Shown here piece after piece: positions 7,532-16,861 of a stretch of 64,000 nt of DNA; position 1 is the stretch's first letter, and each line of letters opens with the position of its first letter. A program made the position numbers and the translations under genes. Origin of the DNA: a virus. Its lineage: Duplodnaviria; Caudoviricetes. The stretch spans positions 1 through 64,000 of the IMG/VR virus record IMGVR_UViG_3300014205_009256. One strand, 5' to 3'. The notes under the pieces were generated by a model. It ran no database searches and was not told where the DNA came from. It saw only the letters and a program-made list of their open reading frames with translations.

Positions 7532-7900
7532 TCAGTTCTGGTTTGGGGAAACGGACAGGCACGCGCCGCTCAGGGGTTGGGCATGACGCCACACCTCGCC
7601 GCAGAGGGCGATGAACTCGTCGTTGGTCAGTGTTCCCTTGGCGCGATTGACGCTGCGCTCCAGCACCTGCGTGTTCTCGATGCGGTGCTCCCCGCCGCGA
7701 CACACGGGAACGATGTGGTCGAGGGAGGCGGTTTCGGGAGTCAGCGCCCGGGCAGTCAGGGCACAGCGATACTGCTGGCGCAGCAGCAGTTGCAGGATCG
7801 CCTGCGGGTTCACGCTGCCATCGGCGACGGATGGCAGGCTTCGGCGGGATCGCCGGCGACGAGGGGCCGATTGCGGAGCGTCTGAAACTTCCTCGGCCAT
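7532..7900 (-). CDS. HNH endonuclease
   Basis: RCALT...SLDHIVP..RGG.H...N.Q......N..K; ATG 7900 preceded by AGGAGG. Confidence 0.8.
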   Translation of the reverse strand: MAEEVSDAPQSAPRRRRSRRSLPSVADGSVNPQAILQLLLRQQYRCALTARALTPETASLDHIVPVCRGGEHRIENTQVLERSVNRAKGTLTNDEFIALCGEVWRHAQPLSGACLSVSPNQN

Positions 7901-8211
7901 CGGCTCGCCTCCTGCGACCGATCCGAGGCCCAGCGACGCCAGCCCGTGCGCGTTCGCTGCTGGTACACCCGCTGAGCCAGCGCCACCGCCATCACCGTCA
8001 TTGCCGCCGGCCAGGTCGATGGCACTGGGCGTCGCTCGCGACTGGAATCCTCCCGTCCCGACCGCAGGATGTTCACCCACGCCCGCGCCATGCTCTGGGC
8101 CTTGCGCTGCCACGGGTCCGCCAACTTCCGGTGGTTGGCCAGGTCGGTTCCGAGCCGCGTCAGCATGGGGTTGATTGTGTTCTGCCATATCGGGTTCTCC
8201 ATCACGGGCAT
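7810..8211 (-). CDS. hypothetical protein overlapping the HNH gene
   Basis: 133-aa ORF with phage-like Trp-rich segments; overlaps the HNH ORF by about 90 bp. Confidence 0.5.
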   Translation of the reverse strand: MPVMENPIWQNTINPMLTRLGTDLANHRKLADPWQRKAQSMARAWVNILRSGREDSSRERRPVPSTWPAAMTVMAVALAQRVYQQRTRTGWRRWASDRSQEASRWPRKFQTLRNRPLVAGDPAEACHPSPMAA

Positions 8212-8480
8212 CTCGTTTTTCTCACGAAGGAAAGAGAGTCATGGTCGGTTGGCGTTCCCGCGGCCATCTCCGGCCGAGGATCGCCAGGGAGGAACCGTTC
8301 CCCCCGTCGGCTCTCTGCCACTTTGGCACCCCCGCGCCGTTGGCCCCACGGCGCGACCCAGGCGGGGTTGGGCCGGATGGCTAAGGCGATACAACGGACG
8401 CGACGTGGGGCAACACGTGGCCAACGGTGCGTACCCGTGCGGCCACGCCCAGGTACGCACCGGCGTGGCCATGCCGAAGA

Positions 8481-8715
8481 TTCACCCTTTCACCCACCCC
8501 CTCACACACACACGCATAAATACGCGGGCGGGCGTCGCGCGAGGGGGTGGGGGTGAAAGAGAGAAAGAAGAAGAGAGAGTTGTTGTTGTTCTCTTTATTT
8601 CCGCTTTTTTCGCGGGTCTGAAGTTTCACCCTCAGGGGGTGAAGCTTGGGTGAAGCATGGGGAGTCTTGAGGCAGTTCGGAGCTCTCATCTTTCACCCCC
8701 GTCCGGAGTTTCACC
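8481..8715. repeat. iteron-like GGTGAA cluster, putative replication origin of element 1
   Basis: Eight GGTGAA/TTCACC copies in both orientations around a GC-poor core, at the primase 3' end. Confidence 0.55.
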
Positions 8716-10974
8716 GCCAAGATTCCCCGCGCCGGCCAGGCGGTAAGAACGCACGGGCCAACCCGCCCTTGGCGTCGTCACCATCTCGACTTCGCCTTGC
8801 TGCACCAGCGTGTCCATCAGGCTGGAGAAGACCTTGGCCTCCATCTTCATGCGTTTCAGCAGCACGCTGTGCGGCAGTTCCTGTCCCGGCGCGCCGCGCA
8901 ACTTCTCGACCGCCTTGAGGCACTCGGCGTGGAACGGGTTCTCGGCGACATGCCCGGCGGCCATGAACAGCATCCGGCGCGTCTGGTGCATCACAAATTC
9001 AGACGCCCATTCGACGGCGGCGAGGCTGATGCGCGGTGCCTGGTGGTTCTCGCTGATCGCGTACAACAGCGCCAGCTTCCGCACCTGCTCGCTGACGCGG
9101 CCCCACACTGTCGTGCCGACCGAATCACTGCGACCCTCGGCCGCCGAGTATTCCGCTTCGGCCTGCTGGCGCGTTTCAACCAGGCGGCGGCGGGCCTCGT
9201 CGCTGTGCTCGACGACCGTGGGCACTGGATGGAACTCCTCCAGATTGCCCGTGCCGGGTCGGTAGTCCGCCCACCACTTGGCCGTGGCCAGGATGCTCGG
9301 CGGCACATCACGGATGCTCGGCTCCTGACCCTCTGGTCGCGGCCCGGATTCGAGGATGATCATGCGGGCGAAAAAGCCGTTGGTGAGCATCCGCTCGGAG
9401 AGCGCCTCGTAATAGTGGTTCGGGATCGCGGTGCCGAAGATGACGAGGCCGGGCTGGTCGATGACGCCGGGCGCTTCCTTGCCCGCCTTGCGGCGCATGG
9501 GAAAGACGCTGTTGGCTGACGAGTACATCGTCAGCAGCGTCGACATGATCGCCTCGTGGCGGGCGTCCTTGGCCTTATTGATCGACTGAAGCATCCCGTC
9601 GATCTCGTCGGTCTGGAAGAGCATGCTCGGCGTCTGGAACAGCGCGTCCTGGATGCCTTCGCCGCTGGCAAAGCGCTCACCAAGGCCATTCGCAAGGCCG
9701 ACCTCATAGAGGATGCGGGTGTTCACCTTACGCGGCCAATCCTTGCCCGCCGACGAATGCGCCAAGCCCAGCAGGTAGATGTTGGTGCGGTTGTCGCCGG
9801 GGTCGCGGACCTTGCGCCCGGCAAGGAACGCCTGGAGCGAGAGCGCCCCAGCGAACGCCATGACCGGATTGGGGTACGGCGCAATCGCCATGCAGTAGTC
9901 CATCACCTCGTTGACGAAGCCCGGCATGCGCATCATCTCGGCAGGCATCGGGCCGGGATCGGGAATCTCCGGGGCGCGCGGGGTGCCGGCCGAGCAATCG
10001 CCGGAGCCGGGCGTCATGTTTAGGATGCCGGAGAGGTCCACGCCGTGGTCGTCGTCGGGCATCGCGCCGCCGTAGCCGGCCAGACGCAAGGCGCGGGCGG
10101 CATCTTCGTAGCGCCCGCCGTGGTTGAGCAGCGCGAAGACCGAGAACGGCGAGTAGGCGCGATTGGGCTCGAAGGGGTCGGCGCTGGCGCTGAACACGTA
10201 GAACACGCGGTCCTTGAGTGTGGCCGACCAGCCCGACTCTTTCCCTGGCCGCCGCCAATATTCGTTGACGCCCTCGCGGACCCTCGTCCACCCGGCCTGC
10301 GTCAGCACATCACGTACATCGCCTCGCTGGTTGAAATCATCGCCTGGCCGATCGGCGCAGCCGCAGGCACCCGGCGCTGCCGGGGTGCTGGGCGTCACCG
10401 CAACGGTTCGCGGCGGCAGATCCACCACCGGCGGCACATACTCGTTGAGCTCCCACGCCGCCTGCAGCAGCACGTCGCGCTCGGCTTCGGCGAGCACGGG
10501 CGGACGGGCCAGATCGCCCTGGAGGAGCACGTAACCCGGCGTCGGGGCGCACAGGAACAGCCCGCCGTCACCGCGCGTCTCGATGAGCGTGACGACCTTG
10601 CCGTCGCGCTGGCGCTGGGCCAGTTTCATGTTGCCGCAGACGCCGGCCTGGCAGCGGTAGAAGACATGGCGGCCGTCGCGCTGCGTGCGCTCGATCACCA
10701 GCTTCGCCAGCAGGTCCGGTGCGACGCGGGCCGCCCAGGCATCAAAGAGTTCCCCGCCGGCGTCGAAGTCGATCATCTCGGCGTGGCCGGAGACGGCTCC
10801 GCAGATGATGCACAGCGCGTCCGGCCTATTGGCCAGCCACGCCGACAGCTCCGCCTCGGTCGGCAGGCGCTCGCGGTAGCGCTTCCACTGGCCGACGCTT
10901 GGGCGTTTCTCGGCGCGGCGGGCCGGCAGCACGCACAGGCCGGCCTGCAGATATTGTCTGGCAAGATCATCCAC
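8686..10974 (-). CDS. bifunctional primase/polymerase (Prim-Pol) with DUF3987-like C-terminal NTPase/helicase region
   Basis: N-terminal YLQAGLCVLP..EKRP..W, DFD and H/ETRG..G motifs; C-terminal LAHSSAGK and DEIDG. Confidence 0.85.
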   Translation of the reverse strand: MDDLARQYLQAGLCVLPARRAEKRPSVGQWKRYRERLPTEAELSAWLANRPDALCIICGAVSGHAEMIDFDAGGELFDAWAARVAPDLLAKLVIERTQRDGRHVFYRCQAGVCGNMKLAQRQRDGKVVTLIETRGDGGLFLCAPTPGYVLLQGDLARPPVLAEAERDVLLQAAWELNEYVPPVVDLPPRTVAVTPSTPAAPGACGCADRPGDDFNQRGDVRDVLTQAGWTRVREGVNEYWRRPGKESGWSATLKDRVFYVFSASADPFEPNRAYSPFSVFALLNHGGRYEDAARALRLAGYGGAMPDDDHGVDLSGILNMTPGSGDCSAGTPRAPEIPDPGPMPAEMMRMPGFVNEVMDYCMAIAPYPNPVMAFAGALSLQAFLAGRKVRDPGDNRTNIYLLGLAHSSAGKDWPRKVNTRILYEVGLANGLGERFASGEGIQDALFQTPSMLFQTDEIDGMLQSINKAKDARHEAIMSTLLTMYSSANSVFPMRRKAGKEAPGVIDQPGLVIFGTAIPNHYYEALSERMLTNGFFARMIILESGPRPEGQEPSIRDVPPSILATAKWWADYRPGTGNLEEFHPVPTVVEHSDEARRRLVETRQQAEAEYSAAEGRSDSVGTTVWGRVSEQVRKLALLYAISENHQAPRISLAAVEWASEFVMHQTRRMLFMAAGHVAENPFHAECLKAVEKLRGAPGQELPHSVLLKRMKMEAKVFSSLMDTLVQQGEVEMVTTPRAGWPVRSYRLAGAGNLGGETPDGGER

Positions 10975-10989
10975 GCGAGCGGTTCCCTC

Positions 10990-11169
10990 TTACGAGCAAC
11001 CCGTGGTTGTGCCGCACCCCAGGCACACGTAGCAGGTGCCGGCGCGCACGGTCGCGCCGCTGCACTGGCCGCAACGCGGCCCTTGCGATGGCGGCTGGGG
11101 CGGACGTGGGGTCGTGGTTGTGGACTTGGCCGGTGCGCTGGGCTTTGTTGTCGTGGGCTGTTGTTCCAT
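10990..11169 (-). CDS. small zinc-ribbon protein resembling the class II RNR (NrdJ) C-terminal tail
   Basis: CGQCSGATVRAGTCYVCLGCGTTTGCS-stop; ATG 11169 with GAGGA RBS. Confidence 0.65.
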   Translation of the reverse strand: MEQQPTTTKPSAPAKSTTTTPRPPQPPSQGPRCGQCSGATVRAGTCYVCLGCGTTTGCS

Positions 11170-11256
11170 TGAGTTCCTCATGCACATGGCGGGCGATGTC
11201 GTGATGATGAGGCCTGCCCCGCGCCGCATTGTGGGGTCCGGCCGAACGAAGACCAT

Positions 11257-11721
11257 TCAGGCCGCCGCGCCACGTCTGAGGCGCTCGCGGATGTCATCGC
11301 ACAGAGTGAAGGTGAGCTTGGCCGGGGTGCCATTGCGCGGCGGCACCCGGTGCATGACGAAATACTGGTCATCCGCAGGGATGTGCCGCCCGTACTTGGC
11401 CGACTCGTGTTCTGCAGCCGCACGCAGAGACCGTAGGAAATCGGCGTAGCGGCACCCCAGCGCCGTACACATCACGACGTAGGGAGTGTGCATCTCGCAC
11501 TGCTCCAGATGGTCGGCGGCCGCATCGACATCCGCCTGCGACCAGGCGTCGGAATTGGCCGGCGTCACGACCCCATGCTGGATCAGCAGTTCCAGCATAG
11601 GCGGCCGACAGTCGTACCCGCGGGCCTGCAACTGGCTGCACGCAGCCGCCAAGGTCATGCGGAGTTGAGGCTTGGCCTTCAATTCAACAACTTCCTCGAA
11701 CGTGAGTCCGATACGCTGCAT
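11257..11721 (-). CDS. hypothetical protein
   Basis: 154 aa, co-oriented and tightly packed in the replication operon. Confidence 0.65.
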   Translation of the reverse strand: MQRIGLTFEEVVELKAKPQLRMTLAAACSQLQARGYDCRPPMLELLIQHGVVTPANSDAWSQADVDAAADHLEQCEMHTPYVVMCTALGCRYADFLRSLRAAAEHESAKYGRHIPADDQYFVMHRVPPRNGTPAKLTFTLCDDIRERLRRGAAA

Positions 11722-11735
11722 GGTGATCTCCTTGG

Positions 11736-13460
11736 TCAGAATGGGATGTCGTCGTCGGCGGGCACGTACTCCGGCTCATCCTGCGTCGCTTCGGCCACGG
11801 GCAGTTCCCCCAGGTCGGCGGGATCGGGCTTGGGGCCGAGCTCGCACTTGACGATCCGCGTGTACTTTTCGCCCGTGACGCTGCGGACGGTGATCGACAG
11901 CGCCGGGGCCAGCGCCCCGGCCTCGGCCAGCGCGACAGCGTTGTCGACGTTCTCGGGCACCGGCAGGTGCGAGCGGAGCTTCCACCACGCCTCGGCCTTG
12001 CCCCGGGCATAGCCGGTGTGTTCGAAGCACACCCACTCGCTGCGGTAGTCGTTGAAGCCGACGCGGTAGTCGACCCGCATGGTCCGCGGGTGCCCCTCGG
12101 GCGCGTCGCGCTTCACATGTACGCTGTAGCCAACCTCGCTGACGGCATGCTGCGTCTCGGTGATCTCCCCGGAGAGAATCCCGGCGGTGGAGGCTTCCTG
12201 TTCGTGCTGGCCACGCTTGGGCGGCGGGAACTCATAGCCGCACTCCGGGCAGAGGCTGTAGGCGGCGTGGATCACCGCCTGGCACTGCGGGCACTCCTTG
12301 GCGGGCGCTTCCCCAGCGCCGCCGCTGCGGTCCTTGATTTCCAGGGCGTCGACCGGGCCGTGGCGGAGGATGTTGCCGCCGAAGTCCAGGACCAGGCAGT
12401 TGTCCTTCGAGGGGTCCAGCCGGAAACCTCGACCCACCATCTGGTAGTAGAGGCCCGGCGAGTTGGTCGGGCGCAAGAGCGCCACGCAGTCGATGTTGGG
12501 CGCGTCAAAGCCGGTGGTCAGGACGTTGACGTTGACGAGGTACTTGAGCTGCCCGTCCTTGAACTTCTTGAGGAACTCGGCCCGCTCGAACGGCAACGTG
12601 TCGCCGCTGACAAACCCGCACGGCTGGCCCATCTCGCCCAGCACCTTTTGGACGTGCAGGGCATGCTGCACGCCGGCAGCGAAGATTAGCACCGAGTGGC
12701 GGTCGGCGGTCTGGTCGAGGATCTCGCGGCAGGCCGAGCGCACCAGGGACTCATCGTCCATGAGCGCCTCGACCTCGCCGGCGATGAACTCCCCGCCCCG
12801 GACGTGCAGGTTGGTCGTGTCGACTTTGCGTTTGCCCGCCTTGGTCTTCAGCGGGCACAGATACCCCTGCACGATCAGCTCGCGCACTCCGACTTCGTAG
12901 CAGACGTGGTTGAGCAGGTTCTCCGAACCGCAGATCAGGCCCGTCGACATGCGGTACGGTGTGGCGGTCAGGCCCACCAGGCGGACGTTGGGATTCACCA
13001 CGCGGGCGTCGGCCAGGAACGTGCGGTACATCCCCTCGCCGTCGGGCGGGAGCATGTGCGCCTCGTCGATGAGGATCAGATCGAAGCGATCCAGTTCGGC
13101 GGCGCGGCGAAAGACGCTCTGGATGCCCGCCACGATGATCGGGTGCTCGGTGTCGCGGCTCTTGAGTCCCGCCGAATACACGCCGATGCGGTTCCACAGG
13201 TCGGGAGCCATCGCGTGGAGCTTGTCCGCGGCCTGCTCGAGCAGTTCCTTCACGTGCGCCAGGATCAGCACCCGCCCGTTCCACTGCTGCACCGCATCCC
13301 GGCAGATCGTCGCCATCACCGGCGTCTTGCCCCCGGCCGTGGGGATGACCACGCAGGGGTGATCATCCCGCCGGCGCAGGTGGTCGTAGATGGCGGCGAC
13401 CGCCTCGGCCTGGTACGGGCGCAAGGTGATCGCGCCAGAAGTTGGGGTGGACACGGTCAT
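11736..13460 (-). CDS. SF2 DEAD/DEAH helicase (RadD/YejH-like) with C-terminal zinc finger
   Basis: PTAGGKT, DEAH, TATP, QMVGRG and CPQC...CPEC motifs. Confidence 0.92.
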   Translation of the reverse strand: MTVSTPTSGAITLRPYQAEAVAAIYDHLRRRDDHPCVVIPTAGGKTPVMATICRDAVQQWNGRVLILAHVKELLEQAADKLHAMAPDLWNRIGVYSAGLKSRDTEHPIIVAGIQSVFRRAAELDRFDLILIDEAHMLPPDGEGMYRTFLADARVVNPNVRLVGLTATPYRMSTGLICGSENLLNHVCYEVGVRELIVQGYLCPLKTKAGKRKVDTTNLHVRGGEFIAGEVEALMDDESLVRSACREILDQTADRHSVLIFAAGVQHALHVQKVLGEMGQPCGFVSGDTLPFERAEFLKKFKDGQLKYLVNVNVLTTGFDAPNIDCVALLRPTNSPGLYYQMVGRGFRLDPSKDNCLVLDFGGNILRHGPVDALEIKDRSGGAGEAPAKECPQCQAVIHAAYSLCPECGYEFPPPKRGQHEQEASTAGILSGEITETQHAVSEVGYSVHVKRDAPEGHPRTMRVDYRVGFNDYRSEWVCFEHTGYARGKAEAWWKLRSHLPVPENVDNAVALAEAGALAPALSITVRSVTGEKYTRIVKCELGPKPDPADLGELPVAEATQDEPEYVPADDDIPF

Positions 13461-13465
13461 GATGG

Positions 13466-13873
13466 TCAGTTGTTCTCCGGCGAAAACCCCGCCCCGCAGA
13501 GCAGGCAGCGGGAGAGCGGCATCTCGGCCAGGTCGATCTCCAACCGGGGCGGCACGGCCAATTCCCGCCGGCGGGTGACCAAGAGGTCGATCTGGCTGTC
13601 GTCCTCGTACACCCCGGCGTGCTGGAGCGCATCGAGCACGGGCTTTTGGATGTTGTCTAAGTCGCGCCGGCGGCGGTCGGGCGGGAACGCGTCCATCGCC
13701 AGGGCGATGCGCCCGCCCGTAGGTGGCTTACGCGGCCCGTTGCCCCGGCCCCCGGCCAGGAGGGCGCAGACGTTCGTGCGGAACGTCCGGCCCTCCCGGC
13801 TGATCACGGTGCGACCCCGGAAATGCCGCCAGTAGTGGTTCACCGACGGCGGATAGGGCAGCGTGATCACCAC
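13466..13873 (-). CDS. rusA: RusA-family Holliday junction resolvase
   Basis: LPYPPSVNHYW, RRDLDN..K...DAL...GVY.DDSQI motifs. Confidence 0.88.
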   Translation of the reverse strand: MVITLPYPPSVNHYWRHFRGRTVISREGRTFRTNVCALLAGGRGNGPRKPPTGGRIALAMDAFPPDRRRRDLDNIQKPVLDALQHAGVYEDDSQIDLLVTRRRELAVPPRLEIDLAEMPLSRCLLCGAGFSPENN

Positions 13874-14100
13874 CGCACCTCCCGCTTGGCCCAGTCGGTG
13901 TTGGCGACCTTCATGACCAGGCTGCCGATGATTACCATCGCGAGCATGACCGGGCCGTACAGGAGGCAGAAGAACGCCCAGAAGATGCGGTCGGCCTGGG
14001 TCCACTTGCCGAAGGAGCCGCGATAGTCACGGCGCACCACGATGTAGGAGATCGGGGCGGTGATCGCCCAGAGAATCAGCCAGAAGACAAGAGAAGTCAT
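13867..14100 (-). CDS. small membrane protein (two hydrophobic segments)
   Basis: 77 aa, two TM-like stretches, RBS AAGG. Confidence 0.6.
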   Translation of the reverse strand: MTSLVFWLILWAITAPISYIVVRRDYRGSFGKWTQADRIFWAFFCLLYGPVMLAMVIIGSLVMKVANTDWAKREVRW

Positions 14101-14153
14101 GGCATTGCCTTTCGTGTTGGAGGTTCAGAGGGACAGTTGTCAGCTTCCGAGGG

Positions 14154-14618
14154 TCATCGCTTCCACGGCGGCGTGTTGCTGGTGACCGGGGCCTGCTGGG
14201 GCTGGCCCACTGCCGGCGCGGCCGTCTTGGGCTCGAAGCCCTTGATCTCGTTGGTGAGTTCCCCGGTGTCCTCGCGCTTCTTGCACTTGATGGTGATCAG
14301 GAGCGGCAGGTTGTGCAGTTCGACGCTGTCGCGCGGCTGCATGACGCCCACGGCATGGCAGATCGCCGACAGTTCGCTCCTGGCGATCTTCACCGCCGTG
14401 GCGTTGGCGTTGTTGAGGTTGAGCCGCGCCCAGACGACCCGGTTCTTGTACTCGCCGTCCAGGATCGTGAAGGTGAACTGCAGGTAACTGCCGCCGCCGT
14501 TCTTGGTCGGCTTCATCTCCGACTCGGTGATGGCGGCCAGGTACTTGCCCGCGGGCAGGGGCTCGAAGCTGCTGGTCGGTTCGACTTCGTTCGCGTTGAA
14601 TGTGCCGAGATTGGCCAT
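14154..14618 (-). CDS. DUF669 family protein (phage ssDNA-binding-like)
   Basis: FEPLPAGKY...SEMK.TKNG.G.YL...GEYKNR..W..LN; position after Sak4-like ATPase. Confidence 0.85.
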   Translation of the reverse strand: MANLGTFNANEVEPTSSFEPLPAGKYLAAITESEMKPTKNGGGSYLQFTFTILDGEYKNRVVWARLNLNNANATAVKIARSELSAICHAVGVMQPRDSVELHNLPLLITIKCKKREDTGELTNEIKGFEPKTAAPAVGQPQQAPVTSNTPPWKR

Positions 14619-14621
14619 GGG

Positions 14622-15461
14622 TCAGTTCTCCTTGCTGGGGTTGGTGTTCTGCTCAGCGCCCACCAGGCGCATGGTCGGCCTGGCGGCGTTTCCGATGGGT
14701 TCCGGGTTCTGGATGAGGGCCTGCATCAGCGCCGGCCACGAGAGCGGCAGTTCCGCCGGCAGGCTGTAGCGGTTCTTGGCCACGCAGGCCGGGCTGCCGA
14801 CGGTGCGCAAGATGCGCTCGCCGCCGTCCTTGCCCAGACCGGCGGCGATGGTGCGGTCGCGGCCGAAGCCGCCGTCCTCGGTCTTGGTGATGATCTTCCG
14901 CGTGGCAAACAGCACCGCGTCGGACCATTCGGTCAGCAGCGCCGTCACATGCTTGTGCAGGCGCGGCGAGTACCGGTCGTAAGCGGCGTGCTCGGGGTCC
15001 TCGAACTTCTCGACCTTCGCGTGGGCCAGGAGGATCACGCACATGCCGCGCTGGGTGCGGAGCGTGTTCAGGTCCGTCAGCAGGCGACGCCAGTGGGTGA
15101 GGGCGTGGGTGTAGCCCCGGGCGTAGCCGCCATCGACCTTCTCGATGCTGGTGACGCCGTACTGTTCGCACAGCACGTCCCACACCAGGCGCTCGAGCCA
15201 GTCGGCCGAGTCGATCACCACGGTCTCGAAGTCGTGTTGCTCCTGGATGAGCGTGCGGAGCGCCGTGTCGACATCGCCCAGGTTCTTGGCCAGCGGGAAA
15301 CTGGCGCAGTCGATCTGGTCGAGGCCGTCTTCGGTGGGGATGAAGATCGGCGTGGGGGCAGCGGCGGCGGTGGTCGACTTGCCGATGCCCTCAGTCCCGT
15401 AAATGAGCAGGCGCGGCGGGGAATGCTTGCGCCCGCGATGGATGTTCTGGATCATGGTCAT
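14622..15461 (-). CDS. AAA_24 ATPase (Sak4-like single-strand annealing protein)
   Basis: IYGTEGIGKST Walker A, VVIDS Walker B, KNRY motif. Confidence 0.88.
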   Translation of the reverse strand: MTMIQNIHRGRKHSPPRLLIYGTEGIGKSTTAAAAPTPIFIPTEDGLDQIDCASFPLAKNLGDVDTALRTLIQEQHDFETVVIDSADWLERLVWDVLCEQYGVTSIEKVDGGYARGYTHALTHWRRLLTDLNTLRTQRGMCVILLAHAKVEKFEDPEHAAYDRYSPRLHKHVTALLTEWSDAVLFATRKIITKTEDGGFGRDRTIAAGLGKDGGERILRTVGSPACVAKNRYSLPAELPLSWPALMQALIQNPEPIGNAARPTMRLVGAEQNTNPSKEN

Positions 15462-15478
15462 CAGAAGGTCTCCTGTGG

Positions 15479-15781
15479 TTAGTTGAGGTACTCGGGCATC
15501 AGCCAGGTCATGGCCATGCGGCCGCTGACGCTGCACGGACGCGCCGGGCCGTTGCGCACCTGCCCGTCGGCGCGGATTTCGGGCAGGCGCTTGTGCGCCT
15601 TGATCCCGATCCGCGCCTCGATCTCGCGGGCCGTCAGGCCGGGGTGGTGCCGGACGACCGCCAGGCACATCTCACGCTGGTGGTGCGCCAGGCCGCAGGC
15701 CCGCAGGTGCCGCCCGGCCAGCGCCGAGGTCGGCGGATCGCAGTTGCGATGGTTGCAGTGATGCTTGCAGTGCATGTTCAT
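15479..15781 (-). CDS. small HTH protein
   Basis: PGLTAREI...KRLPE...G...C.VSG; GGAG RBS. Confidence 0.65.
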   Translation of the reverse strand: MNMHCKHHCNHRNCDPPTSALAGRHLRACGLAHHQREMCLAVVRHHPGLTAREIEARIGIKAHKRLPEIRADGQVRNGPARPCSVSGRMAMTWLMPEYLN

Positions 15782-15842
15782 TGCTCCGTAAAGCTGGTGG
15801 ATCTGTCGTTGACACATCCCGTCGCGCTGGCCAGCGGGGGAA

Positions 15843-15920
15843 AGGCAGGTGCGGGAGTCGAACCCGCCGTTCCGAGGCGAAAGGCTTATGAGGCCCCGCG
15901 CCGGAATGCCCGGCCCTGCC
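15843..15920 (-). tRNA. degenerate tRNA-like element, anticodon CAT
   Basis: Acceptor GGCAGG/CCTGCC, perfect T arm GCGGG-TTCGACT-CCCGC, anticodon loop CTCATAA; weak D arm, 13-nt variable region, no encoded CCA. Confidence 0.6.
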
Positions 15921-15988
15921 AGATGCGCCCGGGGTGGCCGTCGCTGAAGGACTCGCCACAAACCAAGCGGGCGCGGAGAGATGCTTGG

Positions 15989-16861
15989 TTACGCCACGTC
16001 CAGCATGCGGATGCCCTCGTAGCCGGTGGGCCACTCGTCATGCTGACGGCAGGCCAGGAGCCGCCGGATCGCCGCCTCGTTCTCCTGCCTGGCGATGGCC
16101 AGGGTGTCGTCGGTGACGCGCCACACGCCGCAGCGGTACGGCTCCTTCTTCTCCACCGCGATGAGGTGGACCGGCACCATCAGGCCGTCGAGGACCTGGG
16201 CGAGCACCGCCTGGTAGAAGGCCATCTGCTTGTGGTAGCCGTAGCGCTTCGAGTCGGCCTCGAACCAGGTCAAATCATCGGTGGTCTTGAGGTCGACGAT
16301 GCCGCGATGGGGATGGAGCCAGTCGATGCGAATCTGGCATGGCGTGCCGCAGTACTCAGCGCGGACGACGCCTTCGGAGCGCCCGTAGAGCAGCAGGTCC
16401 ACAGCCTCGTTGTTCATGGCCACGCCGCTGGCCATCTGTTCGATCAGGTCCACCTGGTCGTGGGAGAGCACTGGCTTGCCCTGCGATTCGGCCCAGGCGC
16501 GGAATGCCTGCGTGGTCGCGCCGTAAGGCTTGCCGGTCTGCGGGTTGATCGGTCCGCCCAGGGCGAAGGCGGCCGCGTAGGCATCTCGGCCTTCGAGGAT
16601 GCGCACGTGCGCCGCCCGGCCGATCAGGTAGCTGGCCGAATCGCTGTCGGCCAGCAGCCCGATAGCCTTCTTGCGATGCAGCCAGGGGCACTTGATGAAG
16701 TCCAGCAACTGGTGGCTGCTGAGGAAGCGGTCCGCCTTGGCGTGGTAATCCGCGGCGGATTCGACTTCCAGAATGCTCAGGTCGATGTTGACTTCCATGT
16801 TCTCGCTCACGTTGCTGTTCTCCGTGTCAAGTGCCCCTGGCTCTCTGGCCATATGAGTCAA
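15989..16861 (-). CDS. PD-(D/E)XK exonuclease (RecE/DUF3799-like)
   Basis: IGRAAH, IRIDW...IVDLKTT, Y.Y..QMAFY motifs; true start may be ATG 16798. Confidence 0.85.
   Translation of the reverse strand: MTHMAREPGALDTENSNVSENMEVNIDLSILEVESAADYHAKADRFLSSHQLLDFIKCPWLHRKKAIGLLADSDSASYLIGRAAHVRILEGRDAYAAAFALGGPINPQTGKPYGATTQAFRAWAESQGKPVLSHDQVDLIEQMASGVAMNNEAVDLLLYGRSEGVVRAEYCGTPCQIRIDWLHPHRGIVDLKTTDDLTWFEADSKRYGYHKQMAFYQAVLAQVLDGLMVPVHLIAVEKKEPYRCGVWRVTDDTLAIARQENEAAIRRLLACRQHDEWPTGYEGIRMLDVA

Noticed and set aside
8555-8610. GA-rich and (gtt)n run as a microsatellite contingency locus
   Set aside because: Too short and irregular; better explained as the low-melting core of the putative origin.
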